This document shows positions 49,840-60,194 of a DNA stretch of 64,000 nucleotides, one piece after another. Numbering within the stretch: the first letter of the stretch is position 1; every line of letters starts with the position of its first letter. Made by a program: the position numbers and the translations under genes. The notes below the pieces were generated by a model. The model was not told the origin of the DNA. It did no database searches and saw nothing but the letters and a program-made list of their open reading frames with translations. The stretch is from Eledone cirrhosa (lineage: Eukaryota): positions 131,688,001 through 131,752,000 of the forward strand of contig OZ024744.1 in the NCBI GenBank assembly GCA_964016885.1, written 5' to 3'.

Positions 49840-52480
49840 AGTTAAGTTGGGGTTGAGTTAAGTTGGGGTTAAGTTAAGTTGGGGTTAAGTTAAGTTGGGG
49901 TTAAGTTAAGTTGGGGTTAAGTTAAGTTGGGGTTTAGTTAAGTTGGGGTTCAGTTAAGTTGGGGTTAAGTTAAGTTTAGGTTAAGTTGGGGTTAAATTAA
50001 TTTGGGGTTAAGTTAAGTTGGGGTTTAGTTAAGTTGGGGTTAAGTTAAGTTGGGGTTAATTTAAGTTGGGGTTAAGTTAAGTTGCGGGTAATTTAAGTTA
50101 GGGTTAAGTTAAGTTGGGGTTAAGTTAAGTTGGGGTTAAGTTAAGTTGGGGTTAAGTTAAGTTGGGGGTAAGTTAAGTTGGGCGTAAGTTAAGTTGGGGG
50201 TAAGTTAAGTTGGGGTTAAGTTAAGTTGGGGTTAAGTTAAGTTAGGGTTAAGTTAAGTTGGGGTTGAGTTAAATTGGGGTTAAGTTAAGTTGGGGTTATG
50301 TTAAGTTGGGGTTAAGTTAAGTTGCGGTTAAGTTAAGTTGGGGTTAAGTTAAGTTGGGGTTAATTTAAATTGGGGTTAAGTTAAGTTGGGGTTAAGTTAA
50401 GTTGGGGTTAAGTTAAGTTGGGGTTAAGTTAGATTGTGGTTAAGTTAAGTTGGGGTTAAGTTAAGTTGGGGTTAAGTTAAGTTGGGGTTAAGTTAAGGCG
50501 GGGTTAAGTTGAGTTGGTGTTAAGTTAAGTTGGGGTTAAGTTAAGTTGGGGTTGAGTTAATTTTGGGTTAACTTAAGTTGGGGGTACTTAAGTTGGGTTT
50601 AAGTTAAGTGGGGTTAAGTTAAGTTCGGGTTAAGTTAAGTTGGGGTTAAGTTAAGTTGGGATTAAGTTAGGTTGTGGTTAAGTTAAGTTGGGGGTAAGTT
50701 AAGTTGGGGGTAAGTTAAGTTGGGGTTAATTTAAGTTGGGTCTAATTAAGTTGGGGTTAAGTTAAGTTGGGGTTAAGTTAAGTTGGGGTTGAGTTAATTT
50801 GGGGTTAACTTAAGTTGGGGGTACTTAAGTTGGGGTTAAGTTAAGTTGGGGTTAAGTTAAGTGGTGGTTATGTTAAGTTGGGGTTAAGTTAAGTTGGGGT
50901 TAATTTAAATTGGGGTTAAGTTAACTTTGTGGTTAAGTTAAGTTGGGGTTAAGTTAAGTTGGGGTTAAGTTAAGTTGGGGTTCAGTTAAGTTGCGGTTAA
51001 GTTAAGTTGGGGTTAAGTTAAGTTGGGGTCAAGTTAAGCTGGGGTTAAGTTAAGTTGGGGTTAAGTTAGGTTGGTTAGTTAAGTTGAGTTTTAGTTAAGT
51101 TGGGGTTAATTTAAGTTGGGTTTAAGTTAAGTTGGGGTTAAGTTAAGTTGGGGTTAAGTTAAGTTGGGGTTGAGTTAAGTTGGGGTTAAGTTAAGTTGGG
51201 GTTAAGTTAAGTTGGGGTTAAGTTAAGTTGGGGTTAAGTTAAGTTGGGGTTTAGTTAAGTTGGGGTTCAGTTAAGTTGGGGTTAAGTTAAGTTTAGGTTA
51301 AGTTGGGGTTAAATTAATTTGGGGTTAAGTTAAGTTGGGGTTTAGTTAAGTTGGGGTTAAGTTAAGTTGGGGTTAATTTAAGTTGGGGTTAAGTTAAGTT
51401 GCGGGTAATTTAAGTTAGGGTTAAGTTAAGTTGGGGTTAAGTTAAGTTGGGGTTAAGTTAAGTTGGGGTTAAGTTAAGTTGGGGGTAAGTTAAGTTGGGA
51501 GTAAGTTAAGTTGGGGGTAAGTTAAGTTGGGGTTAAGTTAAGTTGGGGTTAAGTTAAGTTAGGGTTAAGTTAAGTTGGGGTTGAGTTAAATTGGGGTTAA
51601 GTTAAGTTGGGGTTATGTTAAGTTGGGGTTAAGTTAAGTTGCGGTTAAGTTAAGTTGGGGTTAAGTTAAGTTGGGGTTAATTTAAATTGGGGTTAAGTTA
51701 AGTTGGGGTTAAGTTAAGTTGGGGTTAAGTTAAGTTGGGGTTAAGTTAGATTGTGGTTAAGTTAAGTTGGGGTTAAGTTAAGTTGGGGTTAAGTTAAGTT
51801 GGGGTTAAGTTAAGGCGGGGTTAAGTTGAGTTGGTGTTAAGTTAAGTTGGGGTTAAGTTAAGTTGGGGTTGAGTTAATTTTGGGTTAACTTAAGTTGGGG
51901 GTACTTAAGTTGGGTTTAAGTTAAGTGGGGTTAAGTTAAGTTCGGGTTAAGTTAAGTTGGGGTTAAGTTAAGTTGGGATTAAGTTAGGTTGTGGTTAAGT
52001 TAAGTTGGGGGTAAGTTAAGTTGGGGGTAAGTTAAGTTGGGGTTAATTTAAGTTGGGTCTAATTAAGTTGGGGTTAAGTTAAGTTGGGGTTAAGTTAAGT
52101 TGGGGTTGAGTTAATTTGGGGCTAACTTAAGTTGGGGGTACTTAAGTTGGGGTTAAGTTAAGTTGGGGTTAAGTTAAGTGGTGGTTATGTTAAGTTGGGG
52201 TTAAGTTAAGTTGGGGTTAATTTAAATTGGGGTTAAGTTAACTTTGTGGTTAAGTTAAGTTGGGGTTAAGTTAAGTTGGGGTTAAGTTAAGTTGGGGTTC
52301 AGTTAAGTTGCGGTTAAGTTAAGTTGGGGTTAAGTTAAGTTGGGGTCAAGTTAAGCTGGGGTTAAGTTAAGTTGGGGTTAAGTTAGGTTGGTTAGTTAAG
52401 TTGAGTTTTAGTTAAGTTGGGGTTAATTTAAGTTGGGTTTAAGTTAAGTTGGGGTTAAGTTAAGTTGGGGTTAAGTTAAG
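49840..52480 (+). repeat. 1317-bp tandem duplication
   Basis: TTCGGG variant at 50626 and 51943, with the same order of flanking variants; boundaries approximate. Confidence 0.8.
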
Positions 52481-52643
52481 TTGGGGTTAAGTTAATTTGG
52501 GGTTCAGTTAAGTTGGGGTTAAGTCAAGTTGGGGTTAAGTTGGGGTTAAATTAATTTGGGGTTAAGTTAAGTTGGGGTTAAGTTATGTTGGGGTTAAGTT
52601 AAGTTGGGGTTAAGTTAATTTGTGGTTAAGTTAAGTTGGGGTT

Positions 52644-53068
52644 AACCCCAACTTCACTCAACCCCACCTTAACTCAACCCCAACTTAACTTAACCCCAAC
52701 TTCACTCAACCCCAACTTAACTTAACCCCAACTTCACTCAACCCCAACTTAACTCAAACCCAACTTAACTTAACCCCAACTTAACTTAACCTTAACTTAA
52801 CTTAACCCCGACTTAACTTAACTTCGACTTAACTTAACCCCAACTTAACTTAACCCCAACTTAACTTAACCCCAACTTAACTTAACCACAAATTAACTTA
52901 ACCCCAACTTAAATTAACCCCAACTTAAATTAACCCCAACTTAACTTAACCCCAACTTAACTTAACCCCAACTTAACTCACACCCAACTTAACTTACCCC
53001 CAACTTAACTTAACCCCAACTTGACTTAACCCCAACTTAACTTAACCCCAACTTAACTTAACCCCAAA
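52644..53068 (-). repeat. Inverted satellite cassette 12 (425 bp)
   Basis: Standard junctions; CTCAAACCC and AACCTTAAC variants; downstream TTATGGCT. Confidence 0.97.
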
Positions 53069-54699
53069 TTCGGGGTTAAGTTAAGTTGGGGTTAAGTTAA
53101 GTTAGGCTTAACTTAAGTTGGGGTTAAGTTAAGTTGGGGGTAAGTTAAGTTCTGGGTAAGTTAAGTTGGGGTTAAGTTAAGTTGGGGTTAAGTTGGGGTT
53201 AAGTTAAGTTAGGGTTAAGTTAAGTTGGGGTTGAGTTAAGTTGGGGTTAAGTTAAGTTGGGGTTAAGTTAAGTTGGGGTCAAGTTAAGTTGGGGTTAAAA
53301 TTAAGTTGGGGTTAAGTCAAGTTGGGGTTAAGTTAAGTTGGGGTTAATTTAGTTGGGGTTAAGTTAAGTTGGGGCTAAGTTAAGTTGGGGCTAAGTTAAG
53401 TTATGGCTAAGTTAAGTTGGGGTTAAGTTAAGTTGGGGTTAAGTTAAGTTGGGGTTAATTTAAATTGGGGTTAAGTTAACTTTGTGGTTAAGTTAAGTTG
53501 GGGTTAAGTTAAGTTGGGGTTAAGTTAAGTTGGGGTTGAGTTAAGTTGGGGTTGAGTGAAGTTGGGGTTAAGTTAAGTTGGGGTTAAGTTAAGTTGGCGT
53601 TAAGTTAAGTTGGGGTTGAGTTAAGTTGGGGTTGAGTTAATTTAGGGTTAAGTTAAGTTGGGGTTAAGTTAAGTTGGGTTTAAATTAAGTTGGGGTTAAA
53701 TTAAGTTGGGGTAAATTTAAGTTGGGGGTAAGTTAAGTTGGGGTTAAGTTAAGTTGGGGTTAAGTTAAGTTGGGGTTAAGTTAAGTTGGGGTTAAGTTAA
53801 GTTGGGGTCAAGTTAAGTTGGGGTTAAAATTAAGTTGGGGTTTAGTTAAGTTGGGGTTCAGTTAAGTTGGGGTTAAGTTAAGTTTAGGTTAAGTTGCGGT
53901 TAAATTAATTTGGGGTTAAGTTAAGTTGGGGTTTAGTTAAGTTGGGGTTAAGTTAAGTTGGGGTTAATTTAAGTTGGGGTTAAGTTAAGTTGCGGGTAAT
54001 TTAAGTTGGGGTTAAGTTAAGTTGGGGTTAAGTTAAGTTGGGGTTAAGTTAAGTTGGGGGTAAGTTAAGTTGGGGGTAAGTTAAGTTGGGGGTAAGTTAA
54101 GTTGGGGTTAAGTTAAGTTGGGGTTAAGTTAAGTTAGGGTTAAGTTAAGTTGGGGTTGAGTTAAGTTGGGGTTAAGTTAAGTTGGGATTATGTTAAGTTG
54201 GGGTTAAGTTAAATTGGGGTTAAGTTAAGTTGGGGTTAAGTTAAGTTGGGGTTAAGTTAAGTTGGGGTTAAGTTAGATTGTGGTAAAGTTAAGTTGGGGT
54301 TAAGTTAAGTTGGGGTTAATTTAAGTTGGGGTTAAGTTAAGGCGGGGTTAAGTTGAGTTGGTGTTAAGTTAAGTTGGGGTTAAGTTAAGTTGGGGTTGAG
54401 TTAATTTTGGGTTAACTTAAGTTGGGGCTACTTAAGTTGGGTTTAAGTTAAGTGGGGTTAAGTTAAGTTGGGGTTAAGTTAAGTTGGGGTTTAGTTAAGT
54501 TGGGGTTAAGTTAGGTTGTGGTTAAGTTAAGTTGGGGGTAAGTTAAGTTGGGGGTAAGTTAAGTTGGGGTTAATTTAAGTTGGGTCTAATTAAGTTGGGG
54601 TTAAGTTAAGTTGGGGTTAAGTAAAGTTGGGGTTGAGTTAAGTTGGGGTTAATTTAAGTTGGGGCTAAGTTAATTTGTGGTTAAGTTAAGTTGGGGTTA

Positions 54700-56690
54700 A
54701 GTTAAGTTGGGGTTAAGTTAAGTTGGGGCTGAGTTAAGTTGGGGTTGAGTTAATTTAGGGTTAAGTTAAGTTGGGGTTAAGTTAAGTTGGGTTTAAGTTA
54801 AGTTGGGGTTAACTTAAGTTGGGGTTAAGTTAAGTTGGGGGTAAGTTAAGTTGGGGGCAAGTTAAGTTGGGGTTAAGTTAAGTTGGGGTTAAATTAAGTT
54901 GGGGTTAAGTTAAGTTGGTGTTAAGTTAAGTTGGGGTTTATTTAAGTTGGGGTTAATTAAGTTGGGGTTAAGTTTAGTTGGGGTTAAGTTAAGTTGGGGT
55001 TAATTTAAGTTGGGGTTGAGTTAAGTTGGGGTTAAGTTAAGTTGGGGTTAAGTTAAGTTGGGGTCAAGTTAAGTTGGGGTTAAAATTAAGTTGGGGTTTA
55101 GTTAAGTTGGGGTTCAGTTAAGTTGGGGTTAAGTTAAGTTTAGGTTAAGTTGGGGTTAAATTAATTTGGGGTTAAGTTAAGTTGGGGTTTAGTTAAGTTG
55201 GGGTTAAGTTAAGTTGGGGTTAATTTAAGTTGGGGTTAAGTTAAGTTGCGGGTAATTTAAGTTGGGGTTAAGTTAAGTTGGGGTTAAGTTAAGTTGGGGT
55301 TAAGTTAAGTTGGGGTTAAGTTAAGTTGGGGGTAAGTTAAGTTGGGGGTAAGTTAAGTTGGGGGTAAGTTAAGTTGGGGTTAAGTTAAGTTGGGGTTAAG
55401 TTAAGTTAGGGTTAAGTTAAGTTGGGGTTGAGTTAAGTTGGGGTTAAGTTAAGTTGGGGTTATGTTAAGTTGAGGTTAAGTTAAGTTGCGGTTAAGTTAA
55501 GTTGGGGTTAAGTTAAGTTGGGGTTAAGTTAAATTGGGGTTAAGTTAAGTTGGGGTTAAGTTAAGTTGGGGTTAAGTTAAGTTGGGGTTAAGTTAGATTG
55601 TGGTTAAGTTAAGTTGGGGTTAAGTTAAGTTGGGGTTAAGTTAAGGCGGGGTTAAGTTAAGGCGGGGTTAAGTTGAGTTGGTGTTAAGTTAAGTTGGGGT
55701 TAAGTTAAGTTGGGGCTGAGTTAAGTTGGGGTTGAGTTAATTTAGGGTTAAGTTAAGTTGGGGTTAAGTTAAGTTGGGTTTAAGTTAAGTTGGGGTTAAC
55801 TTAAGTTGGGGTTAAGTTAAGTTGGGGGTAAGTTAAGTTGGGGGCAAGTTAAGTTGGGGTTAAGTTAAGTTGGGGTTAAATTAAGTTGGGGTTAAGTTAA
55901 GTTGGTGTTAAGTTAAGTTGGGGTTTATTTAAGTTGGGGTTAATTAAGTTGGGGTTAAGTTTAGTTGGGGTTAAGTTAAGTTGGGGTTAATTTAAGTTGG
56001 GGTTGAGTTAAGTTGGGGTTAAGTTAAGTTGGGGTTAAGTTAAGTTGGGGTCAAGTTAAGTTGGGGTTAAAATTAAGTTGGGGTTTAGTTAAGTTGGGGT
56101 TCAGTTAAGTTGGGGTTAAGTTAAGTTTAGGTTAAGTTGGGGTTAAATTAATTTGGGGTTAAGTTAAGTTGGGGTTTAGTTAAGTTGGGGTTAAGTTAAG
56201 TTGGGGTTAATTTAAGTTGGGGTTAAGTTAAGTTGCGGGTAATTTAAGTTGGGGTTAAGTTAAGTTGGGGTTAAGTTAAGTTGGGGTTAAGTTAAGTTGG
56301 GGTTAAGTTAAGTTGGGGGTAAGTTAAGTTGGGGGTAAGTTAAGTTGGGGGTAAGTTAAGTTGGGGTTAAGTTAAGTTGGGGTTAAGTTAAGTTAGGGTT
56401 AAGTTAAGTTGGGGTTGAGTTAAGTTGGGGTTAAGTTAAGTTGGGGTTATGTTAAGTTGAGGTTAAGTTAAGTTGCGGTTAAGTTAAGTTGGGGTTAAGT
56501 TAAGTTGGGGTTAAGTTAAATTGGGGTTAAGTTAAGTTGGGGTTAAGTTAAGTTGGGGTTAAGTTAAGTTGGGGTTAAGTTAGATTGTGGTTAAGTTAAG
56601 TTGGGGTTAAGTTAAGTTGGGGTTAAGTTAAGGCGGGGTTAAGTTAAGGCGGGGTTAAGTTGAGTTGGTGTTAAGTTAAGTTGGGGTTAA
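54700..56690 (+). repeat. 987-bp tandem duplication
   Basis: GGGGTTAACTT at 54813/55800 and TTGAGG at 55473/56460, both offset 987; boundaries approximate. Confidence 0.82.
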
Positions 56691-59274
56691 GTTAAGTTGG
56701 GGTTGAGTTAATTTTGGGTTAACTTAAGTTGGGGGTACTTAAGTTGGGTTTAAGTTAAGTGGGGTTAAGTTAAGTTGGGGTTAAGTTAAGTTGGGGTTAA
56801 GTTAAGTTGGGGTTAAGTTAGGTTGTGGTTAAGTTAAGTTGGGGGTAAGTTAAGTTGGGGGTAAGTTAAGTTGGGGTTAATTTAAGTTGGGTCTAATTAA
56901 GTTGGGGTTAAGTTAAGTTGGGGTTAAGTTAAGTTGGGGTTGAGTTAAGTTGGTGTTAATTTAAGTTGGGGCTAAGTTAATTTGTGGTTAAGTTAAGTTG
57001 GGGTTAAGTTAAGTTGGGGTTAAGTTAAGTTGGGGCTGAGTTAAGTTGGGGTTGAGTTAATTTAGGGTTAAGTTAAGTTGGGGTTAAGTTAAGTTGGGTT
57101 TAAGTTAAGTTGGGGTTAAATTAAGTTGGGGTTAAGTTAAGTTGGGGGTAAGTTAAGTGGGGCTAAGTTAAGTTGGGGCTAAGTTAAGTTGGGGCTGAGT
57201 TAAGTTGGGGTTAAGTTAAGTTGGGGTTAAGTTAAGTTGGGGTTAAGTTAGGTTGTGGTTAAGTTAAGTTGGGGGTAAGTTAAGTTGGGGATAAGTTAAG
57301 TTGGGGTTAATTTAAGTTGGGTCTAATTAAGTTGGGGTTAAGTTAAGTTGGGGTTAAGTTAAGTTGGGATTGAGTTAAGTTGGGGTTAATTTAAGTTGGG
57401 GCTAAGTTAATTTGTGGTTAAGTTAAGTTGGGGTTAAGTTAAGTTGGGGTTAATTTAAGTTGGGGGTAAGTTAAGTTGGGGGCAAGTTAAGATGGGGTTA
57501 AGTTAAGTTGGGGTTAAATTAAGTTGGGGTTAAGTTAAGTTGGTGTTAAGTTAAGTTGGGGTTGAGTTAAGTTGGGGTTAAGTTAAGTTGGGTTTATATT
57601 AAGTTGGGGTTAAGTTAAGTTGGGGTTAAGTTAAGTTGGGGTTCAGTTAAGTTGCGGTTAATTTAAGTTGGGGTTAAGTTAAGTTGGGGTTAAGTTAAGT
57701 TGGGGTTAAGTTAAGTTGGGGTTAAGTTAAGTTGGTGTTAAGTTAAGTTGGGGCTAAGTTAAGTTGGGGCTGAGTTAAGTTGGGGCTGAGTTAAGTTGGG
57801 GTTAAGTTAAGTTGGGGTTGAGTTAAGTTGGGGTTAAGTTAAGTTGGGGTTAAGTTGAGTTGGGGTTAAGTTAAGTTGGGGTTTAGTTAAGTTGGGGTTC
57901 AGTTAAGTTGGGGTTAAGTTAAGTTTAGGTTAAGTTGGGGTTAAATTAATTTGGGGTTAAGTTAAGTTGGGGTTTAGTTAAGTTGGGGTTAAGTTAAGTT
58001 GGGGTTAATTTAAGTTGGGGTTAAGTTAAGTTGCGGGTAATTTAAGTTAGGGTTAAGTTAAATTGGGGTTAAGTTAAGTTGGGGTTAAGTTAAGTTGGGG
58101 TTAAGTTAAGTTGGGGGTAAGTTAAGTTGGGGGTAAGTTAAGTTGGGGGTAAGTTAAGTTGGGGTTAAGTTAAGTTGGGGTTAAGTTAAGTTAGGGTTAA
58201 GTTAAGTTGGGGTTGAGTTAAATTGGGGTTAAGTTAAGTTGGGGTTATGTTAAGTTGGGGTTAAGTTAAGTTGCGGTTAAGTTAAGTTGGGGTTAAGTTA
58301 AGTTGGGGTTAAGTTAAATTGGGGTTAAGTTAAGTTGGGGTTAAGTTAAGTTGGGGTTAAGTTAAGTTGGGGTTAAGTTAGATTGTGGTTAAGTTAAGTT
58401 GGGGTTAAGTTAAGTTGGGGTTAAGTTAAGTTGGGGTTAAGTTAAGGCGGGGTTAAGTTGAGTTGGTGTTAAGTTAAGTTGGGGTTAAGTTAAGTTGGGG
58501 TTGAGTTAATTTTGGGTTAACTTAAGTTGGGGGTACTTAAGTTGGGTTTAAGTTAAGTGGGGTTAAGTTAAGTTGGGGTTAAGTTAAGTTGGGGTTAAGT
58601 TAAGTTGGGATTAAGTTAGGTTGTGGTTAAGTTAAGTTGGGGGTAAGTTAAGTTGGGGGTAAGTTAAGTTGGGGTTAATTTAAGTTGGGTCTAATTAAGT
58701 TGGGGTTAAGTTAAGTTGGGGTTAAGTTAAGTTGGGGTTGAGTTAATTTGGGGTTAACTTAAGTTGGGGGTACTTAAGTTGGGGTTAAGTTAAGTTGGGG
58801 TTAAGTTAAGTGGTGGTTATGTTAAGTTGGGGTTAAGTTAAGTTGGGGTTAATTTAAATTGGGGTTAAGTTAACTTTGTGGTTAAGTTAAGTTGGGGTTA
58901 AGTTAAGTTGGGGTTAAGTTAAGTTGGGGTTCAGTTAAGTTGCGGTTAAGTTAAGTTGGGGTTAAGTTAAGTTGGGGTCAAGTTAAGCTGGGGTTAAGTT
59001 AAGTTCGGGTTAAGTTAGGTTGGTTAGTTAAGTTGAGTTTTAGTTAAGTTGGGGTTAATTTAAGTTGGGTTTAAGTTAAGTTGGGGTTAAGTTAAGTTGG
59101 GGTTAAGTTAAGTTGGGGTTAAGTTAATTTGGGGTTCAGTTAAGTTGGGGTTAAGTCAAGTTGGGGTTAAGTTGGGGTTAAATTAATTTGGGGTAAGTTA
59201 AGTTGGGGTTAAGTTAAGTTGGGGTTAAGTTAAGTTGGGGTTAAGTTAATTTGTGGTTAAGTTAAGTTGGGGTT

Positions 59275-59699
59275 AACCCCAACTTCACTCAACCCCACCT
59301 TAACTCAACCCCAATTTAACTTAACCCCAACTTCACTCAACCCCAACTTAACTTAACCCCAACTTCACTCAACCCCAACTTAACTCAAACCCAACTTAAC
59401 TTAACCCCAACTTAACTTAACCTTAACTTAACTTAACCCCGACTTAACTTAACTTCGACTTAACTTAACCCCAACTTAACTTAACCCCAACTTAACTTAA
59501 CCCCAACTTAACTTAACCACAAATTAACTTAACCCCAACTTAAATTAACCCCAACTTAAATTAACCCCAACTTAACTTAACCCCAACTTAACTTAACCCC
59601 AACTTAACTCACACCCAACTTAACTTACCCCCAACTTAACTTAACCCCAACTTGACTTAACCCCAACTTAACTTAACCCCAACTTAACTTAACCCCAAA
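59275..59699 (-). repeat. Inverted satellite cassette 13 (425 bp; sister of cassette 12)
   Basis: Shares CTCAAACCC, AACCTTAAC and downstream TTATGGCT with cassette 12. Confidence 0.97.
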
Positions 59700-60194
59700 T
59701 TCGGGGTTAAGTTAAGTTGGGGTTAAGTTAAGTTAGGCTTAACTTAAGTTGGGGTTAAGTTAAGTTGGGGGTAAGTTAAGTTCTGGGTAAGTTAAGTTGG
59801 GGTTAAGTTAAGTTGGGGTTAAGTTGGGGTTAAGTTAAGTTAGGGTTAAGTTAAGTTGGGGTTGAGTTAAGTTGGGGTTAAGTTAAGTTGGGGTTAAGTT
59901 AAGTTGGGGTCAAGTTAAGTTGGGGTTAAAATTAAGTTGGGGTTAAGTCAAGTTGGGGTTAAGTTAAGTTGGGGTTAATTTAGTTGGGGTTAAGTTAAGT
60001 TGGGGCTAAGTTAAGTTGGGGCTAAGTTAAGTTATGGCTAAGTTAAGTTGGGGTTAAGTTAAGTTGGGGTTAAGTTAAGTTGGGGTTAATTTAAATTGGG
60101 GTTAAGTTAACTTTGTGGTTAAGTTAAGTTGGGGTTAAGTTAAGTTGGGGTTAAGTTAAGTTGGGGTTGAGTTAAGTTGGGGTTGAGTGAAGTT

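Larger units (their letters stand above)
39330..50400 (+). repeat. Higher-order duplication of about 5.5 kb (two copies, breakpoint near 44.8 kb)
   Basis: Offsets 5484 (AAGATGGGG 39767/45251), 5563 (cassettes 10/11) and 5579 (GGGATTGAG 43822/49401; GCGGGTAAT 44506/50085). Boundaries are approximate. Confidence 0.85.

Noticed and set aside
1-59699. Inversions as long-read fold-back chimera artefacts
   Set aside because: The arms are not exact mirror copies, breakpoints are the same across copies, and cassettes carry hierarchically shared variants. An artefact is unlikely, though read-level confirmation is still needed.
2126-59699. Recombinase-driven invertible switch (phase variation or shufflon)
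   Set aside because: There is no recombinase, promoter or gene, and I saw no copy of the cassette (e.g. GTCGAAGTT) in forward orientation.
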